Made by a program: the position numbers and the translations under genes
The notes under the pieces: model-generated
What the model saw: the letters and a program-made list of their open reading frames with translations, nothing else
Databases searched by the model: none
What the model was told of the DNA's origin: nothing
Source of the DNA: Spirochaetia bacterium
Lineage (GTDB): Bacteria > Spirochaetota > Spirochaetia > UBA9216
NCBI GenBank assembly: GCA_965140585.1
Contig: OZ223270.1
Location: 64,001-128,000 of the forward strand
Reading direction: 5' to 3'
Length of the DNA stretch: 64,000 nucleotides
In this document: piece by piece, positions 1-9,928 of the stretch
Layout: every line of letters starts with the position of its first letter
Numbering within the stretch: the stretch's first letter is position 1

Positions 1-984
1 GATTGCCTGTTCGGCCTCATCGAGTGAGTACCTCTTTGTAACCAAGGCTTCACCTGAAACCTTACCGGCTTCAAGCCAGCTCAGTCCCTTAATGAAATGT
101 CTTTCAAGAAAGGCTACATCACCGTAGATAGTAATACCGCTTCTGATAGCCTTGATGGGCTGAAAATTCGATTCTGTATAAAGACCGAAACAGGAAACAC
201 GGCCTTTTGCAGCAACCAGATCCAGCATATAATCCCAGACCTTTGGAGAACTTGCAGTCTCAATCAGAATATCGGCCCTCAGTCCGCCGGTAATCTTTTC
301 AACAGCCTTTACAGGATCCTCATTACTTGCATTTACAATGTGAGTAGCCCCAAGTTCTTTGGCAAGTTCGAATCTCTTTGAATCAGGATCAAGACCGATG
401 ATTATAATCTTTGCAACACCGGCAGACTTGAGTGCCTGAAGGTGTAGAAGACCAACTGTTCCTGGTCCAATGATAACCGCAGTTTCACCAATTTGAGGCT
501 GTACATGTTCGAGCGAACGAACTACAAGACTCAAAGGCTCCATGATTGCAGCATCAACAAAGGAAATATTATCTGCAAGCGGGTGTATCAGCTGCGCAGG
601 AAGTAGAACATACTCTGCGAAAGTACCGTCATAGGTAATACCAATGTGGTCCCAGTCTTCACACATGTTCTTGTTGCCTTTCCGGCAGTTAATACATACA
701 CCGCATCCGCTTAATGCTTCAAATGCAACTCTCTGTCCGACTTCAAAGCCCTTCACACCGCGGCCAATCTCGGCAATAACACCTGAGCCTTCATGTCCCA
801 TAATTACAGGAATAGGAACCGGTTTTCTTCCGGTGTATGTTGCATTCAGAATTGAAAAGTCACTATAGCACAGACCGGTTGCCTTAACCTGAACCAGTAC
901 ATGGTTTTCGGTAACTTCAGGCTTAGGTACATCTTTTACTTCAAATACTCCAGGCTCTGCTGAAGTTTTAACTATCGCTTTCAT
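1..984 (-). CDS. Zinc-dependent (MDR family) alcohol/polyol dehydrogenase, 3' end off the window edge
   Basis: Not in the ORF track because it is truncated. Manual translation from ATG 984: MKAIVKTSAEPGVFEVKDVPKP...GLCYSD...MGHEGSG...CGVCINC...C. Has the MDR GHE motif, the structural-Zn Cys cluster, GPGTVG and RBS AGGAG. Confidence 0.9.
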   Translation of the reverse strand, partial: MKAIVKTSAEPGVFEVKDVPKPEVTENHVLVQVKATGLCYSDFSILNATYTGRKPVPIPVIMGHEGSGVIAEIGRGVKGFEVGQRVAFEALSGCGVCINCRKGNKNMCEDWDHIGITYDGTFAEYVLLPAQLIHPLADNISFVDAAIMEPLSLVVRSLEHVQPQIGETAVIIGPGTVGLLHLQALKSAGVAKIIIIGLDPDSKRFELAKELGATHIVNASNEDPVKAVEKITGGLRADILIETASSPKVWDYMLDLVAAKGRVSCFGLYTESNFQPIKAIRSGITIYGDVAFLERHFIKGLSWLEAGKVSGEALVTKRYSLDEAEQAI

Positions 985-997
985 CTACACACTCCTA

Positions 998-1966
998 TCA
1001 GGATGGCCAGGCTATAGTCCAGATGTGCTTCCCTCCGGGCTGATCCGGACCCTTGAGAAGAGCTTCGATTTCTTCCTTGCTTCTCTGTGACATGTATTCG
1101 GCATCCGGAAGTTTACCTGCAGGAAATTTATCAAGTATATCGTTGTGAAGCTTAACTACGTAGTCACAGTATGCTTCGATGGCACCGAATGCTTTTTCAG
1201 CCTTTGCAAGTGAAGGCTTTCCAAGAACTCCTTCAGGATAAATAGCAAACTCTACTCCGCCGCCGCCGATAGCGCTCTGACCGGCCATTGGCATACCGTA
1301 TATGTCTCCGCCCTTGTCGATATGTCCCGGAGGCAGGAAGCCCCAGCATTCAGTATCAACAGCATGTTCCATCTGTATGAATTCTTCAAACAGGGCAAGA
1401 CAAACTGAGTTTTCAGCTTCATCACCGTGTCTGAAAGGAGTCTCAAACGGACCGCCGTGTTCTTTGTCCATCATTGCCTGACCAGAAATTTTCCATACAT
1501 CCATGAAAAAGATCATTGCCGGAAGCTGATATTTCTTTGCCCATTCCTGCATAGCTGAAGGAATGATATATTCCTGGCCGTGGCTGCTCATGAGGATCAT
1601 CTTTCTGAAACCTGCATTCCAGTAACCTGAGATTATCTGGCGTACAAGAGCAGAGTTTACATCGTCTGAGATAGGCACTGTAAATTTCTGACCGAGGTGT
1701 GAGAACGGATGAGAAGCGTACCACATTGGTTCTGCAACTGTACATCCGGTTTTTTCTGCAATCATTTCACACATTCGTGTAACGATGAATACGTCTTCGC
1801 CCATCGGCTGTGAATCGCCGTGGTTTTCAGTTGAACCGAAAGGAATAAGGATAACATCGTTAACCTTGAGTCTTTCTTCAAGTTCTCTTTTTGTCATAGT
1901 CTGATAATAAATTTTATCAGTACTTTCCATTTTTCCGCCTTTGCGCGGAAGGTCCCAATTACCCAT
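998..1966 (-). CDS. Creatininase-family hydrolase, IolN-like (3-dehydro-scyllo-inosose hydrolase-like)
   Basis: GSTENHG...ED, SHGQ and HGDEAE creatininase motifs. Resembles Thermotoga IolN as recalled (YFQTMT, KTGCTVAEP, GGP.ETPF.H, FLP.GHIDK, YPEGV.GK, FPAGKLP). Confidence 0.8.
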   Translation of the reverse strand: MGNWDLPRKGGKMESTDKIYYQTMTKRELEERLKVNDVILIPFGSTENHGDSQPMGEDVFIVTRMCEMIAEKTGCTVAEPMWYASHPFSHLGQKFTVPISDDVNSALVRQIISGYWNAGFRKMILMSSHGQEYIIPSAMQEWAKKYQLPAMIFFMDVWKISGQAMMDKEHGGPFETPFRHGDEAENSVCLALFEEFIQMEHAVDTECWGFLPPGHIDKGGDIYGMPMAGQSAIGGGGVEFAIYPEGVLGKPSLAKAEKAFGAIEAYCDYVVKLHNDILDKFPAGKLPDAEYMSQRSKEEIEALLKGPDQPGGKHIWTIAWPS

Positions 1967-1976
1967 TATTTTCTCC

Positions 1977-2342
1977 TTATCCGTCTATTCTGTGGCTTGG
2001 AAGCTGAGGTGCGTAGATCCATACGAATCTTAATGTTTCTTCACCTGTGTTGAGGATCTTGTGCTTTCCTCCCGGCGGATTGTAAACACACACACCCGGC
2101 TCCAGAGGTATTTCCTGATCTTCTGTTACGAAAACGCCTCTGCCTGCTACAAAGAACATTACTTCTTCTTCAACGTTATGTTCATGCTCAGGGACCTGAC
2201 TGCCTGCAGGTGTTTCATTAACACCAACTGCAAGGTTCTGAGCGCCTACTGTTTTTTCTGAAACCAGTGTCCAAGATGTTCTTGCCGGTTCTCTTTTTAC
2301 CGGAGTTACATCTTTAATGTTAACTGCTATAGTTTTAGCCAT
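1977..2342 (-). CDS. Cupin domain protein
   Basis: PEHEH..EEE..F...G.G and PPG.KH.I.N.G cupin metal motifs. Confidence 0.9.
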   Translation of the reverse strand: MAKTIAVNIKDVTPVKREPARTSWTLVSEKTVGAQNLAVGVNETPAGSQVPEHEHNVEEEVMFFVAGRGVFVTEDQEIPLEPGVCVYNPPGGKHKILNTGEETLRFVWIYAPQLPSHRIDG

Positions 2343-2360
2343 ATTTCCTCCAAAAAATCT

Positions 2361-3119
2361 TTAAGCTATATATATTCCGCCGTTTACATCCAGCGCTACA
2401 CCCGTAATCCAGTCGGACTGTTCCGAGGCCAGAAACATAACTGACATTGCTACATCTTCCGGCGTTCCGTCCTTTATAATCTTTCTGCCTTCATTCCATA
2501 TTTCGAATACCTCAGGCGGCACCTGCTTTGTAAGCTCCGTCATTATTGGTCCGGGATTGATTGCATTCACATATATACCATCAGGCCCGAGCTCTCCGGC
2601 CAGACACTTTGTAAGCCCCATAACACCGGCTTTTGAACCGGCATAGTTACAGCCTACTTTCCGTGCTGTTTCTCCGCCGAGCGAGGCCATGTTGACAATC
2701 TTGCCTCGGCCCTTCTTTTTCATTACCGGAGTGACCTCACGGCACATCAGAAAGGTTCCGGTAAGATTTACATCCACAACCGAAGTAAAATCTTCAAGAC
2801 TCAGTTCGTTGATAGGCTTGTGCTTGAGGATCCCCGCAACGTTTACAAGAATATCAATTTCGCCGAACTTACCGGTTACTTTTTCCACAGCAGCCTTTAC
2901 ATCTGCTTCGTCTGTTACATTCACTTTGCAGCAGATTGTTCGCTTCCCTTCCGGGTCGAACTCTGCGGCAAGGGCTTCTGCACCCTCGGTATTCATATCG
3001 AGAAGAGCGAGGCTTGCACCAGCTTCCAGCATCATTCTGGCTATACTGCCGCCGATACCCCTTGAAGCACCTGTAACAACACAGACTCTTCCATTAAAAT
3101 CGTATTTACAATCCGCCAT
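2361..3119 (-). CDS. Short-chain dehydrogenase/reductase (FabG-like)
   Basis: TGASRGIG, NVAG, YAGSK, NPGPI and VNGG motifs. Confidence 0.93.
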   Translation of the reverse strand: MADCKYDFNGRVCVVTGASRGIGGSIARMMLEAGASLALLDMNTEGAEALAAEFDPEGKRTICCKVNVTDEADVKAAVEKVTGKFGEIDILVNVAGILKHKPINELSLEDFTSVVDVNLTGTFLMCREVTPVMKKKGRGKIVNMASLGGETARKVGCNYAGSKAGVMGLTKCLAGELGPDGIYVNAINPGPIMTELTKQVPPEVFEIWNEGRKIIKDGTPEDVAMSVMFLASEQSDWITGVALDVNGGIYIA

Positions 3120-3120
3120 T

Positions 3121-4851
3121 TTAGAAAATGTCCTCCTGTATTTTCACATCCCATATAGCATCCATCTCAGCCTTGCTCACATCAAATACGGTGTTAAAAG
3201 GCGGGAGAGGTTCTTCTCTCATAAACTCGGGAATATCACACATGTTTGAATCAATACCGGCCTTTTCATTGAATTCACGCTCAACATTGAGGCAGTCAAT
3301 AAACATCTTCTGAACATCCTTAAAAGTAAGTGTCCATCCGTATCGGGCATTGAGAAGTCTTGCGGCAAGTTCAGGATCCTTTACAAAGGCTGGTCTCAGA
3401 AAAAGACATACGCCGAAACTGTCTAAGAGAGCACCCCTTACCTGAAGTCTGTATGATATTGCAACCTGGCCTTCAGTACCTCTCGGATCCAGATATTTCA
3501 CTGTTTCAAGGGTATTTCCAGCAGTATGATCCGCGCCCATCGGCGACATTGCGTAGGTTACACCGATGCCCTTCAGGGATCTCGGGTCATAGGCAGGCAT
3601 TGCCTGGCCCTTCGTAGCAGGGATTCTTGTTATACCGAGAACCTTTCCGGTTGCTACCGCTCCTGAACCGATTATACGTCCGAATGGTGTTCCCTGACCG
3701 ACCTGACGAAGAAGGTCCTTGGCGCCTTCGGAGTCACCGAACTCAAGCAGTCCTGCCTCCATGGCAATGCCGACGGCCGCACCGCCGTCTATGGCATCAA
3801 TACCTACCTCGTTTGCAAGGTCGTTAAGGATGGCAATTTCATCAATGTCACCGATTCCGCAGTTTGATCCCAGAAGAGCGATGTTTTCATACTGAAGAGA
3901 AGCAACGTGAGCCTTTCCATCCGGGTCGGGAAAAATGTTTGAGCACTGAATCATGCAGCCCATAACGCAGGGAAGTCCGCGTTTGCCTTCACCGCCACGG
4001 CTGACTATAAGTTCGGCGACCTTATCTCCGTTAATTTCATCAGCCAGTTCAAAACTGCCTGAACTGAAATTCCTGGTCGGAAGTATGCCTATCGCATTAC
4101 ATGTTCCAAGTACTGCAGGAGTACCGAATTCATGTCTGTTATCAGTTTTGGGATCTGCCTTGATAATTGCGGCAACTTCACGTACTGCAGCCTTGAAAGC
4201 ATCCGGATCCGCAAGCGCATCAGGCTTTGCTCCGGCGTCATCAAAAACAACCGCCTTCACACCCTTCGCTCCCATTACAGCACCAAGACCGCCCCTTCCG
4301 GCAGTTCTCAGCTGCAGGCCGGTATGATCGGTGGTTGCAACAACTGCGGCACCAAGTTTATATTCACCGGCAGGTCCGATACAGAGAACTCCGACCTTAT
4401 CGCCGTATTCTTCTTTAAGAACCTTGATTGTCGGACTGGCTTCCATCCATTTAAGTTCCGGTTTTTCAACAAGAACTGCTGAATCATTTTTAACAACAAG
4501 AACATAGCACTTGCTGCTTTCAGGTACATCTTCAAGGATAACAGCCTTTATGCCCATCCGGCCCATTCTTCTGCCGACCAGACCACCGACATTGCTCTCT
4601 TTGACACCACCTGTCAGCGGGCTTTTACCGCCGATGGAAAGCCTTCCAGCTGTTGTCAGATTTGTATCTCCGAGAAGTCCGGTTGCTATAATCAGATGAT
4701 TTTTACGGCCGAGCGGATCACAGCCCGGATCAACTTCTCTCATCAGGTGGTTTGCTATAAACGACCTGCCGCCTTCATGCATTTCTTCTTCTGTCGGTTT
4801 CACAAAACGGATATTACCTGTTCTTGTATCTACCCTTAGAATCTTGTTCAT
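3121..4851 (-). CDS. Aldehyde:ferredoxin oxidoreductase (tungstopterin AOR family)
   Basis: KSPLTGG.KESN.GG, IGPAGE, AGRGGLGAVMGAK, CxxGCxxxC, D...G.D.I, PAYDPR and SPMGADH motifs. Confidence 0.93.
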   Translation of the reverse strand: MNKILRVDTRTGNIRFVKPTEEEMHEGGRSFIANHLMREVDPGCDPLGRKNHLIIATGLLGDTNLTTAGRLSIGGKSPLTGGVKESNVGGLVGRRMGRMGIKAVILEDVPESSKCYVLVVKNDSAVLVEKPELKWMEASPTIKVLKEEYGDKVGVLCIGPAGEYKLGAAVVATTDHTGLQLRTAGRGGLGAVMGAKGVKAVVFDDAGAKPDALADPDAFKAAVREVAAIIKADPKTDNRHEFGTPAVLGTCNAIGILPTRNFSSGSFELADEINGDKVAELIVSRGGEGKRGLPCVMGCMIQCSNIFPDPDGKAHVASLQYENIALLGSNCGIGDIDEIAILNDLANEVGIDAIDGGAAVGIAMEAGLLEFGDSEGAKDLLRQVGQGTPFGRIIGSGAVATGKVLGITRIPATKGQAMPAYDPRSLKGIGVTYAMSPMGADHTAGNTLETVKYLDPRGTEGQVAISYRLQVRGALLDSFGVCLFLRPAFVKDPELAARLLNARYGWTLTFKDVQKMFIDCLNVEREFNEKAGIDSNMCDIPEFMREEPLPPFNTVFDVSKAEMDAIWDVKIQEDIF

Positions 4852-4855
4852 TGAA

Positions 4856-5905
4856 TTAAACCCCGTTTCCTAACTGAAAGTTTATACTTTTTTCTTTCAG
4901 CAGTTTATTTACGGACTCAATTACACCGTCATCGACCTGAATGCCGTTCTCAAGTGAATTACGTTCCTTATCTGCTTCTATTTCGCCGGGCATGTAGATT
5001 TTATCAACACCGTCGGCTTTTTTAGATGATTTGATTCCATCAATATAGTCTTTTATCATCACCTCAAACTTATTATTATCAATGAACCTTGAGATATCAA
5101 CTGCAATTGCTGAAAAACCCACACCTGTTGGCCCGAGCGGCTTGTGGAATGTCTTAACATCCTTTCCGAAGCTTGAACCGGCGACCAGGCCGCAGAGCAT
5201 ATCAATGAACAGAGCCATACCATAGCCCTTTGGCCCTCCGACCGGCATAAGAGTACCTGCCATTGCAGCTTCCGGATCAGTTGTGCTCACTCCGTCGGCA
5301 TCAAAAGCCCAGCCCTCGGGAATCGGCTCATTCATTCTGAGTGCTCTTCGTATTTTTCCACGGGCAACAAGGCTTGTGGACATATCAAGAGCTATAGGAT
5401 AGTTATCGGCTGCGGGTGCAGCAATTGAAAAGGGGTTGGTTCCAAACATAGCCTCGGCTCCGCCCCAGGGTGCCATTGCAGGTGCGCTGTTACACATGCA
5501 GATACCAAGCATTCCCCTGTTCGCGGCCATCAGGCTGTAATGCCCCAGCAAGCCTACATGATTGGTATTCCTGAGCATGCACATTCCTATTCCGAACTTA
5601 CCGGCTTTTTCGATGGCCAGATTCATAGCAGCTTCAGCCGCAGTCTGTCCGATTCCGTTTCCGCCGTCTATATGCGCGATGGCAGCATCGTTTGTTATCT
5701 CTGTGATATTTGTGGGAACCTGAACCAGTCCGGATTCGATCCGCTGCAGAAGCATCGGCAGAAAGTACAGCCCATGTGTGGCAATACCCTTTGAATCTGC
5801 CTCTATCATTATTCGGGAAACTGTTTCCTGTTCAGACTCGCCGGCTCCGTATGCGGCAAGCAGCAGAGAAATAGTCTTGGCAAGATCTTCTTTTTTTACT
5901 TTCAT
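4856..5905 (-). CDS. Ldh_2 family dehydrogenase (malate/L-lactate/sulfolactate/ureidoglycolate type)
   Basis: EAD.KG..THG, NHVG..G.Y, GTNPFS, LDMSTS, GGPKGYG and PGE motifs. Start moved to ATG 5905 (MKVKK), just after the upstream stop. Confidence 0.9.
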   Translation of the reverse strand: MKVKKEDLAKTISLLLAAYGAGESEQETVSRIMIEADSKGIATHGLYFLPMLLQRIESGLVQVPTNITEITNDAAIAHIDGGNGIGQTAAEAAMNLAIEKAGKFGIGMCMLRNTNHVGLLGHYSLMAANRGMLGICMCNSAPAMAPWGGAEAMFGTNPFSIAAPAADNYPIALDMSTSLVARGKIRRALRMNEPIPEGWAFDADGVSTTDPEAAMAGTLMPVGGPKGYGMALFIDMLCGLVAGSSFGKDVKTFHKPLGPTGVGFSAIAVDISRFIDNNKFEVMIKDYIDGIKSSKKADGVDKIYMPGEIEADKERNSLENGIQVDDGVIESVNKLLKEKSINFQLGNGV

Positions 5906-5906
5906 T

Positions 5907-6578
5907 TTATTCCTCGATAAGGCCAAGGCGCTCAAAGACAGCGTCAAGCTTGTTTACAATTACACCGGGAGTTCCGGTTCCGAGGATTTCAGCTTTTTCG
6001 ATCTCTTTCTGAACTCTCTTCTGAGAAGCCTCAAGAACCTCTTCCATTCTTTCTCTTGGAACGATTACAAGTCCGTCATCATCTCCGAGAACCAGGTCGC
6101 CCGGATTTACAATTTCCCCGCCGAAAATAATCGGTTTATTTACAGAACCAAGCTGAGCCTTGACTGTTCCGCGTATACAAATCTGTCTTGAAAAAATCGG
6201 GAACCCCATTTCTATGATTTCTTCGCTGTCTCTGATTCCCCCGTCGATTACAAGGCCTGCAATACCTCTGGCTACAGCAGAACCTGCCATCAGACCGCCG
6301 AAGTATCCGGCATTATAAAAAGCTTGAGTAGTTGAAATTATTACATCACCGGGTTTTGCCACCTGGATGGCCTTGTGAAGCATCAAATTATCGTTGGCTT
6401 TGCATTCAACAGTGATTGCAGGGCCGCAGATCTTCATTCCCTTTGCAATTGGTTTAATTGCAGGGTCAACAGAACCCTTTCTGCCTGAAGCTTCATAAAC
6501 AGTTGCAGAAGCCTGCTCTTTGTATTTTTCAATCAGTTCTTTATCCGGTCTCTCGATGTTAGTATAAACATGTGCCAT
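5907..6578 (-). CDS. RraA/HMG-CHA aldolase family (4-hydroxy-4-methyl-2-oxoglutarate aldolase-like)
   Basis: GPAITV, DNLMLH, GGLMA, DGGIRD and GDLVLGDDDG motifs. Confidence 0.88.
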   Translation of the reverse strand: MAHVYTNIERPDKELIEKYKEQASATVYEASGRKGSVDPAIKPIAKGMKICGPAITVECKANDNLMLHKAIQVAKPGDVIISTTQAFYNAGYFGGLMAGSAVARGIAGLVIDGGIRDSEEIIEMGFPIFSRQICIRGTVKAQLGSVNKPIIFGGEIVNPGDLVLGDDDGLVIVPRERMEEVLEASQKRVQKEIEKAEILGTGTPGVIVNKLDAVFERLGLIEE

Positions 6579-7156
6579 TCTTTATCTCCTAATCGTAAAA
6601 GATGAGCAGAACAGCCTCGAAGGCAGAAAATAAAGACACTGCCAGCGAGGAATAACTTCTACACAATCAGATTATAATCTCATTATAACTCAGATATTCT
6701 AATTGTCAACCGCAAACTGTCCTACTTAATACTTTTACTATAATCTAATTATATTCTATTCTTCATGAACTGGATTACAGCCTACTTAACCTCGGAGTCA
6801 TCACCGTAATTCCCGTTATTATTACAGAACATCAGTGATTTAACACTCTTTTCTGTCAGCAACCTGATACAGAGGATTTGCATCCTTTCCGATGCGTATA
6901 AACTTCCGAAAATATTTATCCTCATCAGCCATATGCTTTTTAAGCACTTCCAGCTCCATTCCCTCACCGTAAAAACCTATCAGGCAGGCAGGAAATTAGC
7001 CTCCGCTATGGAAAATGACGGAAGATACACGGTAGCAGCGACATTCATCGTAAGGATTTTCGAATAATATTCACATTTAATTCTGGCCATTGATATACTC
7101 CGGGAACTTTATCAAAATAATGATGATTATTCCGAGGGAACTTCCGGACATTGGAT

Positions 7157-7925
7157 TTAAAAAGAAACATCTACAAGGTTAACGTTGTCCTGTCCCCAGA
7201 CTTTAAAGTTCTTAAGTTCTCTATTCCAGGCATAGAGCTGTTCTTCCTGAACGCGATGTCTGAATTGAATATCTTCTGTAAGAAGTGCCATAATTTTGTC
7301 TTCAAGTTCTATTGCCTTTAATTCATCTGTTGTCACGACAGCTTCCTTGATCAGGACATTAAACTCGTCGCTCTGATATTTTGGTCTGTTCAGACCATCT
7401 GCTGCAAGCAGCAGTGCAGGACTGCAGGCAAGAGCCATTGCAATTACTACACGCTGCTTCATTCCTCCCGAAAACTGGTGAGGATACTCGTTAAAACGGT
7501 CTTCCGGAATGCCGACCCTCTCGAGGATTTTAACGGCCTTAGCATCAGAATCTGCCCGGGATATTTTTTCATGCAGCCTGATTATCTCAGAGATCTGCTT
7601 ACCGACGTAAAAATCGGATTAAGGGCAGTCCTCGGATCCTGAAAAATCATGGAAATTTTGTTGCCCCTGTTCTTTCTCATCTTTGCCTCGGACAGTTTCA
7701 ACAGAGCCTTCCCTTCAAAGAAAATCTTACCTCCGTCAATTACCGCGGGAGTATCCTAAGTATAGACTTTGCTATAGTGGTCTTGTCTGCTCCGGTTTCT
7801 CCAACAAGACCGAGAGTCTCTCCGGCCTTCAGCTCAAAGGAGACATCGCTGGCCGCATAAACCTTGTCTGAATCAGTTGAATAGTGGATATTGAGCCCTT
7901 TTATTGATAGTAAGGTATTCTCCAT
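7157..7925 (-). pseudogene. Decayed dipeptide/oligopeptide ABC ATPase (DppD-like) fused by deletion to the C-terminal tail of a family-5 solute-binding protein
   Basis: Starts MENTLLSIKGL with a mutated Walker A (GETGADKT). It is frameshifted and retains [21 protein letters not shown], then switches abruptly to SBP-like [10 protein letters not shown]...[10 protein letters not shown]. Confidence 0.8.
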
Positions 7926-7936
7926 ACGGATGCCTC

Positions 7937-8476
7937 CTACTTTTTGAGACGCGGATCGAGTGCATCTCGAAGTTCGTCGCAAAGCATATATAGTGAAAGA
8001 ACTGTAAGCATAATTGTTACCCCCGGAAAGATAAAAATGTGCCAGTAGTCTCGAATGTAGTTTCGTCCGCCGGAGAGCATAGCGCCCCATTCAAGGACCG
8101 GAGGCTGAGCACCCAAACCAATAAAACTCAGCATTGCAGCAATAAGTATAGCGCCGGCGACCCCCATAGTCACTGAACGATAAGTGGAGACATGGCGTTT
8201 GGCAGAATATGTTTTCCAATAATTCTCATGTCCCTGGCGTTGATGGCTTTTGCCGCTTCAACGGATTCCATTTCCCGGACACTCAAAAAAGAGGAGCGGG
8301 TCATTCGTGCATACGAGGTTATCAGTGCCCATCAGGTGACTTGCACTTGAAAGTGATAGAACACTGTCCAAATCCTGCTGCTCGTATGGATATGGCGCAA
8401 CAAAATCGGCAAAGACGGCTAAGGACTATTAATATCATGAAGAACAGCCCAACCATTGCCAGCTTGTTTTTAATTT
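7937..8476 (-). pseudogene. Decayed ABC permease (DppC-like)
   Basis: Fragments KNKLAMVGL and LSFIGLGAQPP..EWGAMLSGGR...FPG...LRDALDPRLK lie in different frames, and the central part is missing. Confidence 0.8.
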
Positions 8477-9274
8477 TCTTGCGGTGATACTGACTCTTGA
8501 TACTCGGATCAATATAGGCGTAAAGGATATCAACAAGAAGCATTACAACACTGAAGGTGATAGATATAACCAGAACACTTCTCTGAATTGCGAGATAGTC
8601 GCGGCTCTTGATGGCTGCCACCATATAGGTACCGAGTCCCGGTATAAAAAAACCGATTCAGCAGCAATAGCTCAACTCATCTAAACACCAAGCAGTGCTC
8701 CGATTGTTGTAACAACCGGAATAAGAGCATTGCGCAAAGCATGTACGTAGATGACATTACCCTCGGTCTGCCCCTTTGCACGGGCAGTAGTTATATAATC
8801 CTGCCTGATAACCTCAAGCATACTGGAGCGAGGCTGCCTGGCTATTCGTCCTGCGGCATTAAGCGCAATAAGCATCGAAGCATTATCCTTCCATGAATAC
8901 TGGTTAACAGCCGACGCAACCCCGAGCGGCATTCCAATCAGAACAGAGAGGAGCACACTGAGTGCAGCAACCAGAAGAGTATTAGGAAATCTTGAAATAA
9001 TCTCTTCGGTTACGCTTCGGTTGTTGATATACGAGTTTCCAAGATCAAATTTGATAAAGGCGTTGCAGCAGTAAGTACCGAAACGGACAAGGAAGGGATC
9101 ATTAAGCCCCCAGTCATCCCGAAGTTCGTTTACTTCCTAGGGTGTTGCATCTGAACCAAGTTTAATATGAGCCGGATCTCCGGGTGTAAAATAAAGAAGA
9201 GTAAAAGCAAAAAAAGTTACTCCAAAAATTTCAGAGATCATCAAAAGAATTCTTCTGATAATGTATTTTCCCAC
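8477..9274 (-). pseudogene. Decayed ABC permease (DppB-like)
   Basis: GTG 9274 with RBS AGGAGG; MGKYIIRRILL...PGDPA. In-frame TAG at 9137-9139 and 8681-8683, an internal deletion and a frameshift. Ends ...RDY...VDILYAYIDP. Confidence 0.85.
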
Positions 9275-9350
9275 TTGTGACCTCCTTAAAGCTTTCAGCA
9301 GAGTTCTCAATATCGATAAACAATTATATTCCTGAATTAGTTTATTACGG

Positions 9351-9408
9351 TTTTGATGATAGGGCTATGTGCACTTTTTACATATTTTTTAGAGCCCTAT
9401 CATCAAAA
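9351..9408. repeat. Perfect 16-bp inverted repeat with 26-bp spacer
   Basis: TTTTGATGATAGGGCT (9351-9366) / AGCCCTATCATCAAAA (9393-9408). Confidence 0.9.
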
Positions 9409-9928
9409 GCCTCCGCTGATTTTCATCGTACGCATTCCCTGAAGAGATGACCTCACACCGATACCATCTGCTTATTACCTCGGGAAACCGGGAAACCCGT
9501 TCCGACAATTCAGCACCCCCGCTTATATTTTCTTCTATCAAATCCTGCAACAGATCGGATATTTTCTCGTTTGTTTTAAAGGAGGAAGTATTTTCAACTG
9601 CGGCAAACTGACAGAGAAAGCCTGAGGCCGCCTTCAGTTCATCAATAAGGCCCTAGTCCTTATGAGGATCTTCGGAAATAAAAATGAAACATCTGGAGAA
9701 AGAGTAACGCTTTTTTATTTCTGCAATAATTCCGTATTGACCTGAAGCAAAAGAAACCCCGTAGGCGCTTACATGCTCCCTGGTAAACAGAGGCACACTG
9801 CCTTTGAGAGTAAGAATGACTCCTAAACTCTGCTCTGAAAGATAACGCTTATCAAGCATTTCATCCAGATAGGCATTTTCCAGCTTACTGTTCCCGCTTT
9901 CAACAAGCGGGCGGTATCTGAATTTCGG

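Noticed and set aside
6782-7050. Short minus-strand ORF fragments downstream of the decayed ABC operon
   Set aside because: No recognisable motif; probably a gene remnant, too weak to call
9390-9928. Open stretch after gntR (ORF 9653-9859 and its continuation)
   Set aside because: No start/RBS context and no recognisable family; likely a truncated remnant and not annotated as a gene
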